A stretch of 64,000 nucleotides of DNA from Chrysomallon squamiferum. Taxonomy: Eukaryota > Animalia > Mollusca. The DNA is taken from NCBI GenBank assembly GCA_012295275.1, contig CM022666.1, positions 3,906,001 to 3,970,000 on the forward strand. Reading direction: 5' to 3'. The notes beneath the pieces were generated by a model that saw only the letters and a list, made by a program, of their open reading frames with translations, was not told the origin of the DNA and did no database searches. Below, piece by piece: positions 1-14,202 of this stretch; position 1 is the first letter of the stretch, and each line of letters opens with the position of its first letter. The translations under genes and the position numbers were made by a program.

Positions 1-1301
1 TTGAGCTTTCATTAAACAAACATTCATTCATAGTCCACATGCTTTTTATTCTGAATGTCATACACCTATAAATTTAAAATGCATGCATATAAACATATAA
101 ATGTGTGTGTGAGTGAGTGTGTGTGTGTGTGTGTCCTTGTGTTAAAATTATTATCAAATTCCTGTATGGAATATAGGCGTTGCTTTTCTGCTAGTCTTTT
201 CGACATGATAACGAAGGAAAATGAGAGTAAACTGAAAACAAATAATAACTTACTGTGATACAATCACCTGTAAAAACTGCTAGTTCAGAAGTAGCCTGCA
301 TTTCTGGATTTTCTGGATTCCTTGCACACCAAAAAAATTGATTTGGTATCTGTATTTAACAAGCATTCAACACATTTTTAAATCTTATGTGTCTTAAATG
401 TCATTATTCTTAATGACACTGAGAATGAAAGATGAAACCTACCTATCTTCTTTTTTTTTTTTTTTCATGAACATGTTAACACAGAGAGTAAGTGTATAGT
501 TGTAATTTGATAAACAAGGCAGGGGTCACTAATTTTGGGTGGAAATGACCAAATGGACATATCAAGGAGGACTAATCCTGAAAAAAACACCAAAGTATAG
601 AGTACTCTAACCAATAATCTACAAAGCTAGTCAGTCAGTGAATTCATAATATTTTAAGTCATAATCAGTGAACTGTCAGAGAAAAAAAAATATATATATA
701 TTCTGTGGATTTGCCACATTCTTCTGGCTGATACGAAAATAGTGGTAAAAAGGATAAATGATTGTCTTCTGGAAATTAGATGATGACATGGCATTCTTTA
801 GAAAACAAAATTTCAAAATAAATAAAACAAAACATCATCCGCCTCGTTTGAGATAGAAATATAATCTTTTTTTTTTTTTTTAAATTCATAAAGAGCTTTT
901 TTTCATTTTTTTTTAAATCTTTTTTTTTTGTAATTTTTTTTTTTTTTCCACATCCACCACACATCAGTGAAGAGCAAGTGCAAGCAAGAAAGCAAGCAAG
1001 CAGCTTTGAGAATTGCTTTCCCATCTGCATTGTAAAGTTAATTTAATTTGGGGAATTTACTGAACACTGTTCTTGTTGGCTTGTGACGTGCCAACCTGCC
1101 TGTGTATGATTACACAGGACCGACTCCTTCACTTAGACAAGTCGTGACACGGAGCTTAAAGCCTGCACGCCTTTGTCGTTATTACCTGCTTCCCAGCCAG
1201 CCATACGCTCACAACATGAAAGAAAAGACTTGTTTTAATAGATAGCAAATAGACTTTGTTTGCTTACTTCTTTTTTCTTTTTTAGCCTTCCCTATGGTTG
1301 T

Positions 1302-1341
<40 letters not shown>

Positions 1342-1619
1342 TTTTGTTTTGTCCCGTTTTCAAGGATATTTTTAGACTTTTTAATTTTAATTTTAATATT
1401 TTTTAAAAGCTAATTTTTTTTTTTTAACAACCTCACATCCCCCCCCCCCAACAGGTGTGATGCACACTTTCTGTTTTGGAAAAAAAAAAAATTGTTAAAT
1501 GTAAAATAAATATGTACTGCAAACATACTCTTCTGTCTTTAATTGAAGTTAATTTACACCTGTTCTGAATCTTAAAGGTAGAAAATTTGCCCAGGAAATC
1601 ATTAGTCACAGGATCAGTT

Positions 1620-2010
1620 CTCAGAAAGATCCTTTCTAACTGATTCAGAAAAAAAAAAAAATAATAATCTTATCATTGTTAAGATGAGCAGATAATTAGT
1701 AAGAATAAAAGATTCTTTCTGCTGTTGGTAAAAGGGATTTTTTTTATTGTTACCAGTCGGAAGTTTTACCATCTGTTAAAGGTCCCTTTCTGAAAGATTT
1801 ATACTTGCTTAGTACTAATCAGTAAGACTGAACGATTTCTTTCTGCTAACTGAAAACATTTATTAAACTTGCTTAGTGCTAATGAGTATGAATAAAAGAT
1901 ATTGTTCTAGTACTGGTAAAAGATTCTTTTCTGCTGAATAATTGGTAAGAGTGAAATATTCATTTCTGCTAGTTGGTTTCAGAATAAAAGATCTCTTTCT
2001 CTTTGTTGTC
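1620..2010 (+). repeat. Degenerate tandem array with core AAAAGATTCTTTCTGCT
   Basis: The core recurs at about 1626, 1707, 1832, 1895, 1918 and 1986. Confidence 0.6.
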
Positions 2011-2054
2011 AGTTTTTCAAAAAGGTTCATCATGTGTTTGTCTCTCGGAAATTA

Positions 2055-2410
2055 TTATGTAACCATAGCGAAAATGGTGAAATTTCTGTGTAATCATTGT
2101 GAAACCAAGGAGAAATTAGTATGTAACCATTGTCAAAACATTGAGAAATTAGTATGTAACCACAGTGAAAAAAGTGAGACATTATTTTGTAACCACTGTA
2201 AAAACTGTGAGAAATTAGTATGTAACCATTCCGAAACCAGTGAGAAATTGGTTATGTAACCATTCTGAAAACATTCAAAAATTAGTTATGTAACCATTCT
2301 GAAAACACTTAAAAATTTAGGATACAACCAATTGTAAAAACAATGACAAATAAGTTTGTAAACATTGTGAAAACAGTGAGAAATTATTTATGAAACCAGT
2401 AAGAAATGTT
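2055..2410 (+). repeat. ~33-bp minisatellite (GTAACCATTGTGAAAACAGTGAGAAATTAGTAT)
   Basis: About 10 diverged units. The 11-codon period produces the repeated CNH motif in ORF 1942-2259. Confidence 0.85.
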
Positions 2411-4293
2411 TGCGAAATTATCATGAGAAAAATTTGAGTAGGCATGTAAAATTGTGACATTCATGTGAAAATGAAAAATGTATGTAACATTTTTGAAAAG
2501 TGCTTCAGCTGGGATGAAAATTGGATGAAAATGATAAAATAAAGTAAAACCAGCTTGATAAGCAGTAGGAGACCAAGTGTTCTATGATATCTGATAAACA
2601 AATTATAACTTGCATGAAAAGAAAAAAACATCCAACACAAAAACAACAAGAAGACACAAAACTTTAGTAGAATTATAATACCATTGTGAAATCAGTGTGA
2701 AACAGTTGTACAACCAGTTTAATAAAACATATAATATTTAAACATTCCAAGTTTGTTTTATACCAAAATGAAAAAAAAAAAAAAAAAAATTATTTAATAA
2801 ATAAATAAATAAATAAATAAATAAATTAATAAATTAATGAAAAATGAAAAATGAAAAATGAAAAAAAAAATATTAATATATATTTTCTATTTTCTATTTT
2901 CTATTTTCTATTTTCATTTATTTATTTATTTATTTATTTATTTATTTTTTTTTTTTTTTTTCATATAAAAATATATATATAATGTCCCAGTAGATCAGTG
3001 GTCTCCTGTTTCTTATGTGGCCAAATCTGAATTGACATACACACAGCACCCTATGTCAGATAGTGGTGTTAGGAATGAATAATGCAGCTGATAACCTTTC
3101 CACGAACCTCAGGCCACATTTCAGTGATAGATAGCATTTTCCATCTAATATTTTTCATCTTGAGGCAAGAATTGTCCGCAAATCTTCGAATTAAAATATT
3201 AAAATGGTTCTGTGGATTGCATTTGTTCCAGCTCTTGTATGAGAAATGAATGGTTATTTATTGTGTTGTTTCTCACAATCAGATTAAAAACAAAGATAAA
3301 TGTGTATCCATACAATATTGTAATCTGTTTGTGCTTTGTTCTTTTTTTAATTCTCATTTTTATGCATTTATCATTTTTATTTTTATTTTTTTGACTTTTT
3401 ATTCTTTATGTGTTTCATTTGCCACATTTGCTGACAAGAATAATAAGCTTGAATATAAACATACACAACATGCATATATAAATACTAACATACATACATA
3501 CATGTATATATACATAAATTTAAGATAGAGACATTTATAAATAAATACATACATACAGAGAAACATGCTTATATACAGATACTGATATAATATGTGCACA
3601 CAGACATACAATAATACATTCATACATATATCACACACATATAAACATAGTCACACACACATTTAAATAAACAATTATTTTTACATTTATCCATCCATCC
3701 ATCCATCCATCTATCCATCTATCCATCTATTGAGGTATTAGAACTGTTGCCCTTTGACCTGTTGTCACATTTATTGTCTTTCCACTTTTTATCTATCACT
3801 GGTCAAGGTTGTGTTTCTTGGACCAACCAAACATCATTGCGAGATAAAAAACAGATTTTTTTTTTTCTTCTTCTCCATCTCTGATTCCACACTTAACTAA
3901 TTAGCGCTGATTGTGTTTTCTTTATTGACAGTGCTTGTGTTGACACAGTCTCTGAGCAGCGCTAGAGTTTGTCCAAAGCCTTCATCAACGCATTGATGTG
4001 TTGTTACAGATTGAAAAAATGTGTTCAGTCCTCGACTCACCTTAAATTGGCTGTTTTGCTTTTCCATCACATGTTGACAGGGTATAGCTGCTTTTGTTGG
4101 CGGATGCCAGTAACAGACACACTGTGATGCGTACAGACTAGCATACACAGTGTATATATATATTAGTATGGCTGATTAAGGCCTTTTGTTGGTGAGTGTC
4201 GATGTTAAAAGTATATTGCTGGGTAGAAAAATACGTAAAACAGACACATACACACATGCCTTCAGACGTAGATAGATGCATACAGATAATAAG

Positions 4294-4296
<3 letters not shown>

Positions 4297-4372
<76 letters not shown>
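4297..4372. repeat. (TA)n(TG)n microsatellite
   Basis: Read directly. Other TG/CA runs occur near 5637, 6857, 8718, 11165, 52388 and 57842. Confidence 0.95.
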
Positions 4373-4374
<2 letters not shown>

Positions 4375-5626
4375 ACACAGACCAAATGCATTAAAAGTTT
4401 AATTTAGTTTTACAGTTATGCATACAAATATATGTAGATTACATTAATCATTTTAATAACAAAAAAATATATATATATTACAATATATTCACTTTAATTT
4501 TATAAACAGATCAAAATATAATACAGGTTCATTTGTTGTAAGTATTAATCTGACAATTTAAATTATTTGGTAGGCATTGAACATACATGTACATACAGAT
4601 AGATAGCACACACACACACATAGGCACGCACACACACACACACACACACACAGAGAGAGAGAAAAAGAATGGCAAGCTTTTTAAATTTACATCCATACAT
4701 TTTATGTGTATATTTTTGACTGAAATGCATAAGGATACAGATCCATAAATACGTTTATTTTACAGCTTGAAAATCTGTTGCATGATATAAACAGTAATCT
4801 CCTTTTGTGTATGTCAGATGTTCTAACATTTAAACAGACACACTGACACGTACCTAAAACACTGACTGTTGGTGCAATGAATATATATATGACTCATCCA
4901 TTTTTGAAAATGCCATTAAAAATATTCTGATATATCAAAGTAATTGGAAAATTAAAATATAAATAACGAAATGATGATTATAACGAGATGATAGGAAGAT
5001 GTCACGTGCAAAATGTGAAATGAAGGTATTACATTTTGCATTTGACTGATGATGGTCCATTATCACTTGTACAGATATAGATAGCAGCTGTGAAATACCC
5101 TGCATATTAAATAATAATTTATTGGCTTCTTCTGCTTAATTTAGTTTTTAAAATGGAGCTTAAGGTGTTGAAGTTATCAGTCTGAAAATAAATCCAAGCA
5201 AATTAATATGATTGTTTGCTCATACATTTTGATCAGTGGATGTAATCATGAACTTTTTTTATTTTTATTTTATTTTTTTTATATTAATCACCTCCTTGAA
5301 TATAATAAAAAATATATATATATTTTTTTTTAAATTTTACCCTTACCAATATCAACATATAAAAATTCCATTATATATTTTCTTAGTTTGGAAATTAAAA
5401 CATTCTCTTCATTTTACAAGAATAATTAAAACAAAAAAAAACCCACAAAAAATGGTCATATATTTGTTTTAATTACAGGCATACATTATTAATGTTTTAA
5501 TAAGTGCATTTGTTCATACATTTTACTTAGAGAAAAAAAAGAAAAAAGTATAAAATAAATTCATTAGATGTTAAACGTATTTTTATCATTTGTTTCTTAT
5601 TTTGTATAATCATTTATATTTCATTT

Positions 5627-5679
<53 letters not shown>

Positions 5680-6385
5680 GGTGTTTTTTATATATATATA
5701 TATATAATTATTGATCTGTAGGTTATTTTAAACATTTAGAAACAAAATATATGACATGACAGTAAATATATGTTGATAAAGCACATCTGGTCCATTCAAG
5801 ACAATTTGTATGTGAAATACAGATATTAATGGAGCATACTGTCTAGTGAACTGATGCATTTATTTTATATCTACAAAACAAAATTCTTGTGCAGCTGAAA
5901 AACCAGGGTGTCATTGGAAATGTTTGTATCTCTTAAGTGCTGAGGTATTTTTGACAGTCTTGGACATAAATTTGATAACGAATCCCTAAGACCAGTGAAC
6001 TAGATATTTAAAAACAAATTTTAAAAATAATAATTTTAGAAACAGCTGAAAATATGACAGAATAGCATTTTTATTTGATTCTATTGTGGTTAAACTGTAA
6101 ATTTTGAGGCTGGTAGGTCTTAGGATCAGTTCTGGACACTGAGGTTTGTGCTAGAGCTGATTGAGAAGAATGAACCTCTTTCATCTGTTGAATATTTCCT
6201 TCTTTTTTTTCATTCTTTAAGTTCCTATCTTTTTTTTTCTCTTATTCTTAGCTCTCTTTCTCTTTTTCCTAAAATTGACAGAACTTATTACAAAAAGCAA
6301 ACTCTCACAGAAGTAATATTCTACGAATCTAATTCAAAAATGAAAGCAGAACAGTTAAGACATGATTAATATTGGTCCTGTGTAC

Positions 6386-6855
6386 CAGTTGAACCTCACT
6401 AATCCAAGCATATGGGACCAAACAGGTGGTGGACTAGCAGATCTTATGAACCACTGAATCATAGTTTAAAAAAAAAAAAAAAAAATAATGTATATGCTGT
6501 ATTACGTACTATATTACCAATGCTGATTTACTGCACTTCTTTTTGACATTGAGGTGGTCCTAATTTTTCAGTATTCACACGTCTTGTAACAGTGTTTTGT
6601 GTCACACACACCTTAACATTTTGATCACTTGCTGGTTGCTTAGAAGACATATTTAAAGGTAAAATGCAGGTTGAGAAAGGTAGTAGTGACTTGTACATCT
6701 GTGGTAGAGTCAACCGCTATAAGTAAACTGGGGCAGAAACAATATGGGACAGTGGTGATGCCATAACTTATAGTGACCATGCAAACTGATGACTGCTGGA
6801 TTTTAAATAATCATCTTGAAACATTGAAGCTGCTGGACTAGTGATGTCAGAACTG
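6386..6855. mobile_element. Candidate old MITE with pogo/Tigger-like CAGT termini
   Basis: The left end CAGTTGAACCTCACTAATCCA and the reverse complement of the right end CAGTTCTGACATCACTAGTCCA form an imperfect inverted repeat. No clean TA target duplication is visible. Confidence 0.4.
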
Positions 6856-6905
6856 GGTGTGTGTGTATGTGTGCATGTGTGTGTGCGTGTCTGAGTGTGT
6901 GTGTG

Positions 6906-6964
<59 letters not shown>

Positions 6965-7227
6965 AATTACATATTTATATCTCCTTTCTTCTGCTTCTTT
7001 TTTTTTTCTATCTGTGTCTCAGTTGTTTCTTAATAATACATTTATAATAAACATATTATTATCTTCTTTTTTAACTGTAGGTATACAAATCTGTTTTGCG
7101 AAACCTGACATTTGTTTTCTGTTATTTAATTAAGATATGATTCATAAAATGTTTTTTTTTTTTTTTTTTTTCCTTCTTGGTTTTCATCATATATATATTA
7201 AATTGAATTTTTTTTTTTTTTTTGCAG

Positions 7228-7721
7228 AAAAATATTGCTACGGAACGACCACGAAGGGGAAAGCCTTTCTAAAATGGCTGAAAACAAAGATGCTAACCAG
7301 AATTGTAGCCATGGCAACGGAGTGCCATGCATAACTCAAGAAAACGGACACCTCAGCTCTGACGAGACCATCATAAAAAACGGAATATCTTCTTCCGACG
7401 AAGCTGTCACCGATGCAGCCCCTGCTGCCGGCACCACGACCACCACGACCACCAACACCACCACCACCACTCCGCCTCAGTCTGTGCAATCAAACAGAGT
7501 TAACTCCCCTACGAATGCATCGTCGCGACCTCACTTGAACCATGGGGCTGGCTCCCCAACAAACTTTTGTGGAAATAATGCACACAGTCCACGCGAGGAG
7601 GCCAGTCCCCCGATGACGAGCCAGAACTCGCCGCCAAACCATCAGCATGTTGTCCACGTTCACGTGAATCCCGGGGAAACATTTTCAGTGCGACTCGGCG
7701 ATCAGATTCAGCATATCCAAG
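7228..7721 (+). CDS. FNDC3: N-terminal coding exon of an FNDC3-family gene (fibronectin type III domain-containing protein 3 / mtgo-like); partial CDS, probable ATG at 7274
   Basis: Poly-T tract and GCAG acceptor (AG at 7226-7227), with CAAG|GTAAGT donor after 7721 (phase 1). The exon is a GC/CpG-richer island with an open frame, and ATG 7274 has an aaaATGG context. The translation ends VVHVHVNPGETFSVRLGDQIQHIQG, matching my recollection of vertebrate FNDC3B VILVQVNPGETFTIRAEDGTLQCIQG. No search was run, and no FN3 domains lie in this window. Confidence 0.85.
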
Positions 7722-7779
7722 GTAAGTGATTTTTTTTTGTTACTGGTTTCTGTTGTTGTTGTTGTTACTGCTGTTGTTT

Positions 7780-8050
7780 TATTATTATTATTGTTATTAT
7801 TATTATTATTATTTATTAATATTTTATTATTATTATTATTATTATTACGTATTAATATTTTAGTATTATTATTATTATTATTATTATTACGTATTAATAT
7901 TTTAGTATTATTACATATTAATATTTTAGTATTAGTATTAGTATTATTACATATTAATATTTTAGTATTAGTATTATTATTATTACCTATTAATATTTTA
8001 GTATTATTATTATTACGTATTAATATTTTAGTATTAGTATTTTTATAATT
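7780..8050 (+). repeat. AT-rich compound repeat: ATTAATATTTTAGT with (ATT)n
   Basis: About seven copies of TATTAATATTTTA separated by variable ATT/AGT tracts. Confidence 0.8.
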
Positions 8051-8519
8051 ATTTTTGTAGTATTATTGCTGTTATTATTATTACTACTATTGTTGGTCAC
8101 TGTTACATTAATGCTGTTATCATTTTCATATTACTAATACTGTTTCATTATCGTTTTTATTATCTTACTGTCATTACTCATTAATTACTTATTTATTTGT
8201 ATTAATTACATTTATAATTTAAAATTTCTATAATACATCTTATGGCAGCTTTCACTTCAGACTTTATACAAAGAAGCAGAATATTTCATTTCATACAGGA
8301 ACGTGTTGCGTATCTATAAATATAATAATATCTGTGCTGATTTATTATCTGCTTTTAACCAGTATGTAATATAGACAAATAATATTCGAACACACCTATA
8401 TGTAAAAATAAACTGTTACTGTTTGAAAATATCGATACATTTTATCATCAACAAACTATAAAATAATGATATATGTGTTTATGTTTGGCTGTGAACACAT
8501 GTACAAATGTCCACATGTA

Positions 8520-8550
<31 letters not shown>

Positions 8551-8715
8551 CTACAACAAACTATTAAATAAAGGTTATATGCATTTATGTTTGGCTGTAT
8601 AGGTGTGTGTATTTTAACATATAAACTTAAATATATTTGTATATTTAATTATTCATATTTATGAATGTGTGTATATGTTAATGTGTAAACATAAATGTAT
8701 TTAAATATTTGTATC

Positions 8716-8761
<46 letters not shown>

Positions 8762-9389
8762 AACGTAAATGTAAATATATTTCAATATTCGTATTTATGG
8801 GTGGGAGGATTTGTGTGTGTGTGTATGTATATATAAATATAATGTTAACATGTAAATTAAAAATATATTTTAGTATTCATTTCTATGAGTGTGTGTGTGT
8901 GTGTGTGTGTATTGATTTTATCTATGATATATAAAAAAATGATTTATATATTTTATTCATGAAGATATCAGTCACCATTAATGGGTATATTTTGTTTGGT
9001 ATTTGGGAAACTGATACATCGGAATACATTTAATTTCTGCCTTTTACTTGTCCAGCTTGTCTGAAAGTTAAAAGTATTAAATAATGCAGTGCCTATCTCA
9101 GTTTACAAATGAACTTCAGCATTTTGTATTGAAATAATTGTTGGTGGGCAAATGTTTTTTATCCTTCAGAGTTTTTACACAATACACTTTTTGAGTGATT
9201 GATTTATTCATTCAGTAAGAAACACAGATATACATTATTGTCAGTTTTTGAATTTTCATGCTATAGTTTTTTTTACTAACCCCCAACATATGAAAACTTT
9301 ATATTTATTAAAGGTTTTATTTTATTTTTTTTTGTTTTGTTTTGTATTATTTTATTTTATTTCTTAACTTTTATTTTTTATTTTTTCAC

Positions 9390-9635
9390 CTAACATCTTA
9401 TGTTTCATTACACTACATTGTAATGTTTCATTCATTACATTGTGTTTTATCATTCTACTTTATGCTTGATTACATAATAGCACATTACATTTCATTATTA
9501 TGCTTCATTACATTACAGTACATTGTTCTACAATATTACATTATGTTTCAGTTACATTTCATTGTTACTGTATGGTTACATTACAAAACGCATTACATTA
9601 TGTTTCATGAGATTTCATTATATTACGTTACTTTA
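9390..9635 (+). repeat. Degenerate (CATTA)n-type pentamer repeat
   Basis: Recurring CATTACATT/TTTCAT motifs. Confidence 0.6.
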
Positions 9636-11162
9636 TTTTATTTTCCTTTAATATTAAACCACAAAACGTCTTCCCTCCAACAATATCATTTATCAGCACA
9701 CACACACAGACAAACTGCTGCACCCAGCATTCAGCTTGTTTGAGTTTTCTTTGTAATCTGGGTGTATCTGTCAAGTTAATGTACTGCAACTGACTGGCAC
9801 TGAATTTGGCAACTCTTTGGTTGCTGCGAAATATCGGAAAACTTCATTTATAACGGTTCCAAGCATTTTCACGTGTTTTTGTTTGTTGTTATGAGTATTT
9901 TGTTGTCAGTTATCCATGATGGAATTTTTTAAATTTTTATTTTATTTTATTTTATTTTATTTTATTTTATTTTATTTTATTTTATTTTATTTTATTTTTA
10001 TTTTTATTTATTTATTTTATTTTATTTTTTTATTAGGGAGTGGTCAGCAACCAAGGTAGTCAGAAAATATAGCTTGTCAAACAGAATTATTTAAAAAAAA
10101 AAAAAAAAATTTAAATGGTTTCAACATAAGAATTAGTTTTGGACAGAAAGTGCATAACATTTATATTATTTAGTCTAATATATTGAATGAAAATATTCCT
10201 TAAAAACATTCAAAAAATATCTGAAAGGATAGGCAATATTTTTCTTACATATTAATGATATTTTAGTGCCAGTGTTTTTGTTTAAAAAAATTCAGCAGAA
10301 TTTAAATAAATATGTTTTATTCATGACATTTTTACTTCACCCATCACTTATGTAGCAGTAATGCGTTCTTTTACTAATGGATAAATGTATTAGGTACAGG
10401 CTACTAAAATTAGCTGTCACTTTTTTCAGAATGACTGCAAAATTCTGCAAAACCAAACGTCACTTTTTAAACTCAGAAGGTCTCTGTAGGTTTTTTTTTT
10501 TTTTTTTTAGGGAAAAACAACAACATACAATGAAGCCTCAGTCAATAGTGTTTTCAATTGTTTAATTTTAAAAAAAAAAATTTTGGAAGCCAGATATGTA
10601 TGCAAGTTAGCTAGCATAACATTTGGTAATATGTCTTGACTGCAGTTTTGCAAAGGTTAAATTGCTATTTTTTGTTTTCTAAAGATCTTTTTTTCATTTT
10701 TAAAATATTTGTATATATTGTACTTTTGTTTTGTCATTTGTGTTTTTCTTGCTGGATGGTGAAATAATGCAGCTTACCAAATTATTTAGGTTTTTTTCAT
10801 TTTTGAATATTCTTTTTAATTATTGAGGAATGTTAATGCTGTTTTCTTGTTTGTTTTATTTTATTTATTTATTTATTTTTTTGAATATATATACATATTT
10901 TCATATTTTGAATAGTCTACTTTTAAAAAAAAATATATTTTTCAAAATGTTTTTTTTTTTTTAAATTACTTACATATTATTAATACTTTTTCTCTTCTTT
11001 TTAAATTCTTATTCTCTAAATATTTTTTTTTTATTTTTCTTTATTATTACCTGTCGTCTCATGATTATCTATATAAAGTTTAATGCCCTGAATCCTGTAT
11101 CACAGAATTTGTAAACTTTATAAATATGAAATATTCTCTTTCTTTCTCTCAGTTTCACACAC

Positions 11163-11213
<51 letters not shown>

Positions 11214-12030
11214 GCTGAACTCTAAAATCAGTGCACACACTGTTAATAAATACTCAGACGTGCATTCATCTGCATCGTGTTTTTTTTTTTTCTTCTTCAG
11301 TTACATTTCATAATCTTTTAATAAAGATAAATTCAAATTCATTAAGTTTACAACTGCCCCAAAGCTATGCAGTGGTAAAGATACACCTGAAGTATTTTAA
11401 GATGAAACGCCCAGTCAGTGGTATATTTTAATGTGGTCTGCATGGAAATCGTAAGATAAAAATTTGGCGTTGCCTAACTGCATGTATAATTGTAGCGTTT
11501 ATTTGTCGTTTTTTTTTAAAAATATATTTTATCACTCGGGGTTTATATTTCTTGCAAGGCATATCTTAACGGACATGAGATTTTTAGAGCTCTGCGTGTA
11601 TATATAAAATGTGTATGTATTATATTTGTATGTGTTTATATATATTTCTGTGTGCATGCATGTGTGTCCGTTATTTAAATTAAAAATTGTGTTTTTAAAT
11701 CCATCGTCAAAATTCTCGTCTCGGATAATATTTTAATTATTTTCTAATTAAGCTCCATAGTCTAATATCAGGGTGTGACCTTAATGTTTGCCTGATGGCA
11801 CCTGCCAGATATAAATTCTGTGCAAGTTGAACCCTTATCCCAGATTAGAAATTCTGCTGTGCAAACACTATAATTTAATATTGATAGTATTTTATATAAA
11901 ATGTTATTGTTTTAACTATTTAGTTCTGTAATCCATTGTTAAAATGGTAGATTTTCTCATTCCACTGTTAAGATCATGCATACATGTCTTAGTATGTTTA
12001 TTAAATAATAATGATCTTCCTCATAATAAC

Positions 12031-12345
12031 ATCCATTATCAAAAATAATCTGTTATTAAAATCGTATTTGTTAACCATAGTCTGTTTATTAAGTTATAAT
12101 TAATTATCTTCCTCTGTCTAATAATAACATGACAATTATGTTGCATATTCCTTTATTATAATTATTATTTTGTTCTGTAATCCATTATTAAAAGATAATC
12201 TGTTATTAAAATCATATATGTTAACCATAGTCTATTTATTAAATTATAAATAATTATTTTCCTTAGTCTGTTAATAAAATACAAGTATATTACATGTTCC
12301 TTTATTAAAAATTGTCATTGTTTTTCTGTAACCTGTTATTAAATA
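12031..12345 (+). repeat. Tandem duplication, ~149-bp period
   Basis: ATCCATTAT..ATAATCTGTTATTAAAATC..TGTTAACCATAGTCT at 12031 and 12180, plus a partial third unit. Confidence 0.85.
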
Positions 12346-13341
12346 CTTGTCACAAAATCATATACATTCTATATAGTCATGAGATAAAATCATGTTTTAA
12401 TTATGTTCCACAATCTGATATTTTTAGTATCGTAAGTATTTTTACCTAATATATATCATTAAAATCATTATTATGATTTTTTCGTAAAATGATATTTTTC
12501 ATAATCCATTTTTAATATCATAGGAATGTACTGCAATCAATTCTTAAAATCAGTTATATATATATATATATAATATTAAACATTCTTCCATTTTTACATT
12601 TCTGCTAGATAGTTTAGCTATAATAACGTTAATATTTTTCAATGTAAGACAGAAATAAGATAAAAACAAAACAAGGAACCATTTGGTGACAGATGTTTTA
12701 GAATCTACATTTACTTATTTCTAAATGTTTTCGGGGAAAGTCTCTCCTCAGGCGAAGCCTATTGTTTCGGTCTATAAATAAAGGCTCGTTTGTTGACGAG
12801 AGTATTTTTGGATTGCAGTGCAGTGTATTGATCACAGATAGAATCAGTTATTCGGGGATGCTATCAAGCTATATCATGTGTTATTTTGTAGTTTAGCTCC
12901 CCATGGGAACTGGCATTAAGATTTCTTTTTCCGATTTATATATGTTTTATTTATTGTCGCTTAATCGAGTAGAGTGTTGTTAATCAATAAGAAGAGGTTT
13001 TTTTTAATATTATATTCATTATTATTTTTAATCACTTGGCTTATTTTTTATTTATTTATTTTTTTTTATTTTTTTTTTTTTTTTTTTTTTTTTTCATAGA
13101 TTTTGACTTATTGGATATAATAAGCTGGTTATGTGTTTGTGTTACCGTGGTAACCAACTGATTGCCAAACAAAAGAATAAATGATGGGCACAATGTGTAA
13201 ATTAACATGATGCACTGTCATTTGAAAATAAACAGATACTGAGATAGATAGATAAATAAATAAATAAACATATAAATAAATCAGTAAAGAAATATTAATG
13301 GAATTTTGATGATTAAAAATAACAGTGAAAAAGCATGTAGC

Positions 13342-13384
<43 letters not shown>

Positions 13385-14169
13385 CAATCGTCATCATCAT
13401 ATTATTAATTTCTCATTATTTTTTTATTTATTTATTTATTTGTTTGTTTATTTATTTATTTTACCTGTATACCTGTCACTGAAGGTAAAAACAGCAAAAA
13501 CGCAATCAACAAAATGAGAACTTCCAAATATAATAAAAAAAATAATCGAAAGCCTAAATGTACTTAACCTTCAAATATCTTTATTAACCATGAATTCAAA
13601 AATTAACAACAATTACCCTCAAGTGTAATTAATGATTTCCTTCACATGCCATTAAAATTCAGAATAATCTTTGAATCTAATTAAACAAAATCGCCAAATG
13701 CATTTAAATTAGCTTTAACCTTCAGAATGTAATCTAATGTTAAGTTAACAGCAAATGTAATAAATTATGTGTGAAATATTGTGCAACTAATAATAAGTTA
13801 ACCTCTCAGAAATAATTATAAGTAAATATAAATCTACAAATGTATATGGATTTAATATAAATTTGAAAAGTGAATAAATGTGTTGAATAATATACACACA
13901 CAACTCGTATGCAGTTAAGAAAAAAATCAACACACTGCCTGCCACCCTAAAAAAATTAATTTAAAATGTTATTATAAAAATTAAACATAAACCAATATTT
14001 AAACATGTCTGTTCACATAAAACAGTGATTAATGTTTAAAGTTTTTGATGGAGGTTTAAATGTATTGCATAACAAAATTTACACCGTTTTTGTCAAATCC
14101 ATAAATGTCACCAGATCTGCAAACATTTATTATGTAACAAGTTGAAAACACTTTTTAATGCACAACAGG

Positions 14170-14202
<33 letters not shown>

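Noticed and set aside
1942-2259. ORF with repeated CNHC/CNHS motifs resembling a zinc-binding repeat protein
   Set aside because: It is a translation of a 33-bp minisatellite that continues out of frame past the stop. It has no ATG start and no clear splice signals.
7238-7489. Antisense 83-aa ORF overlapping the FNDC3-like exon
   Set aside because: A shadow ORF of GC-rich, ACC-repeat coding sequence, with no independent support.
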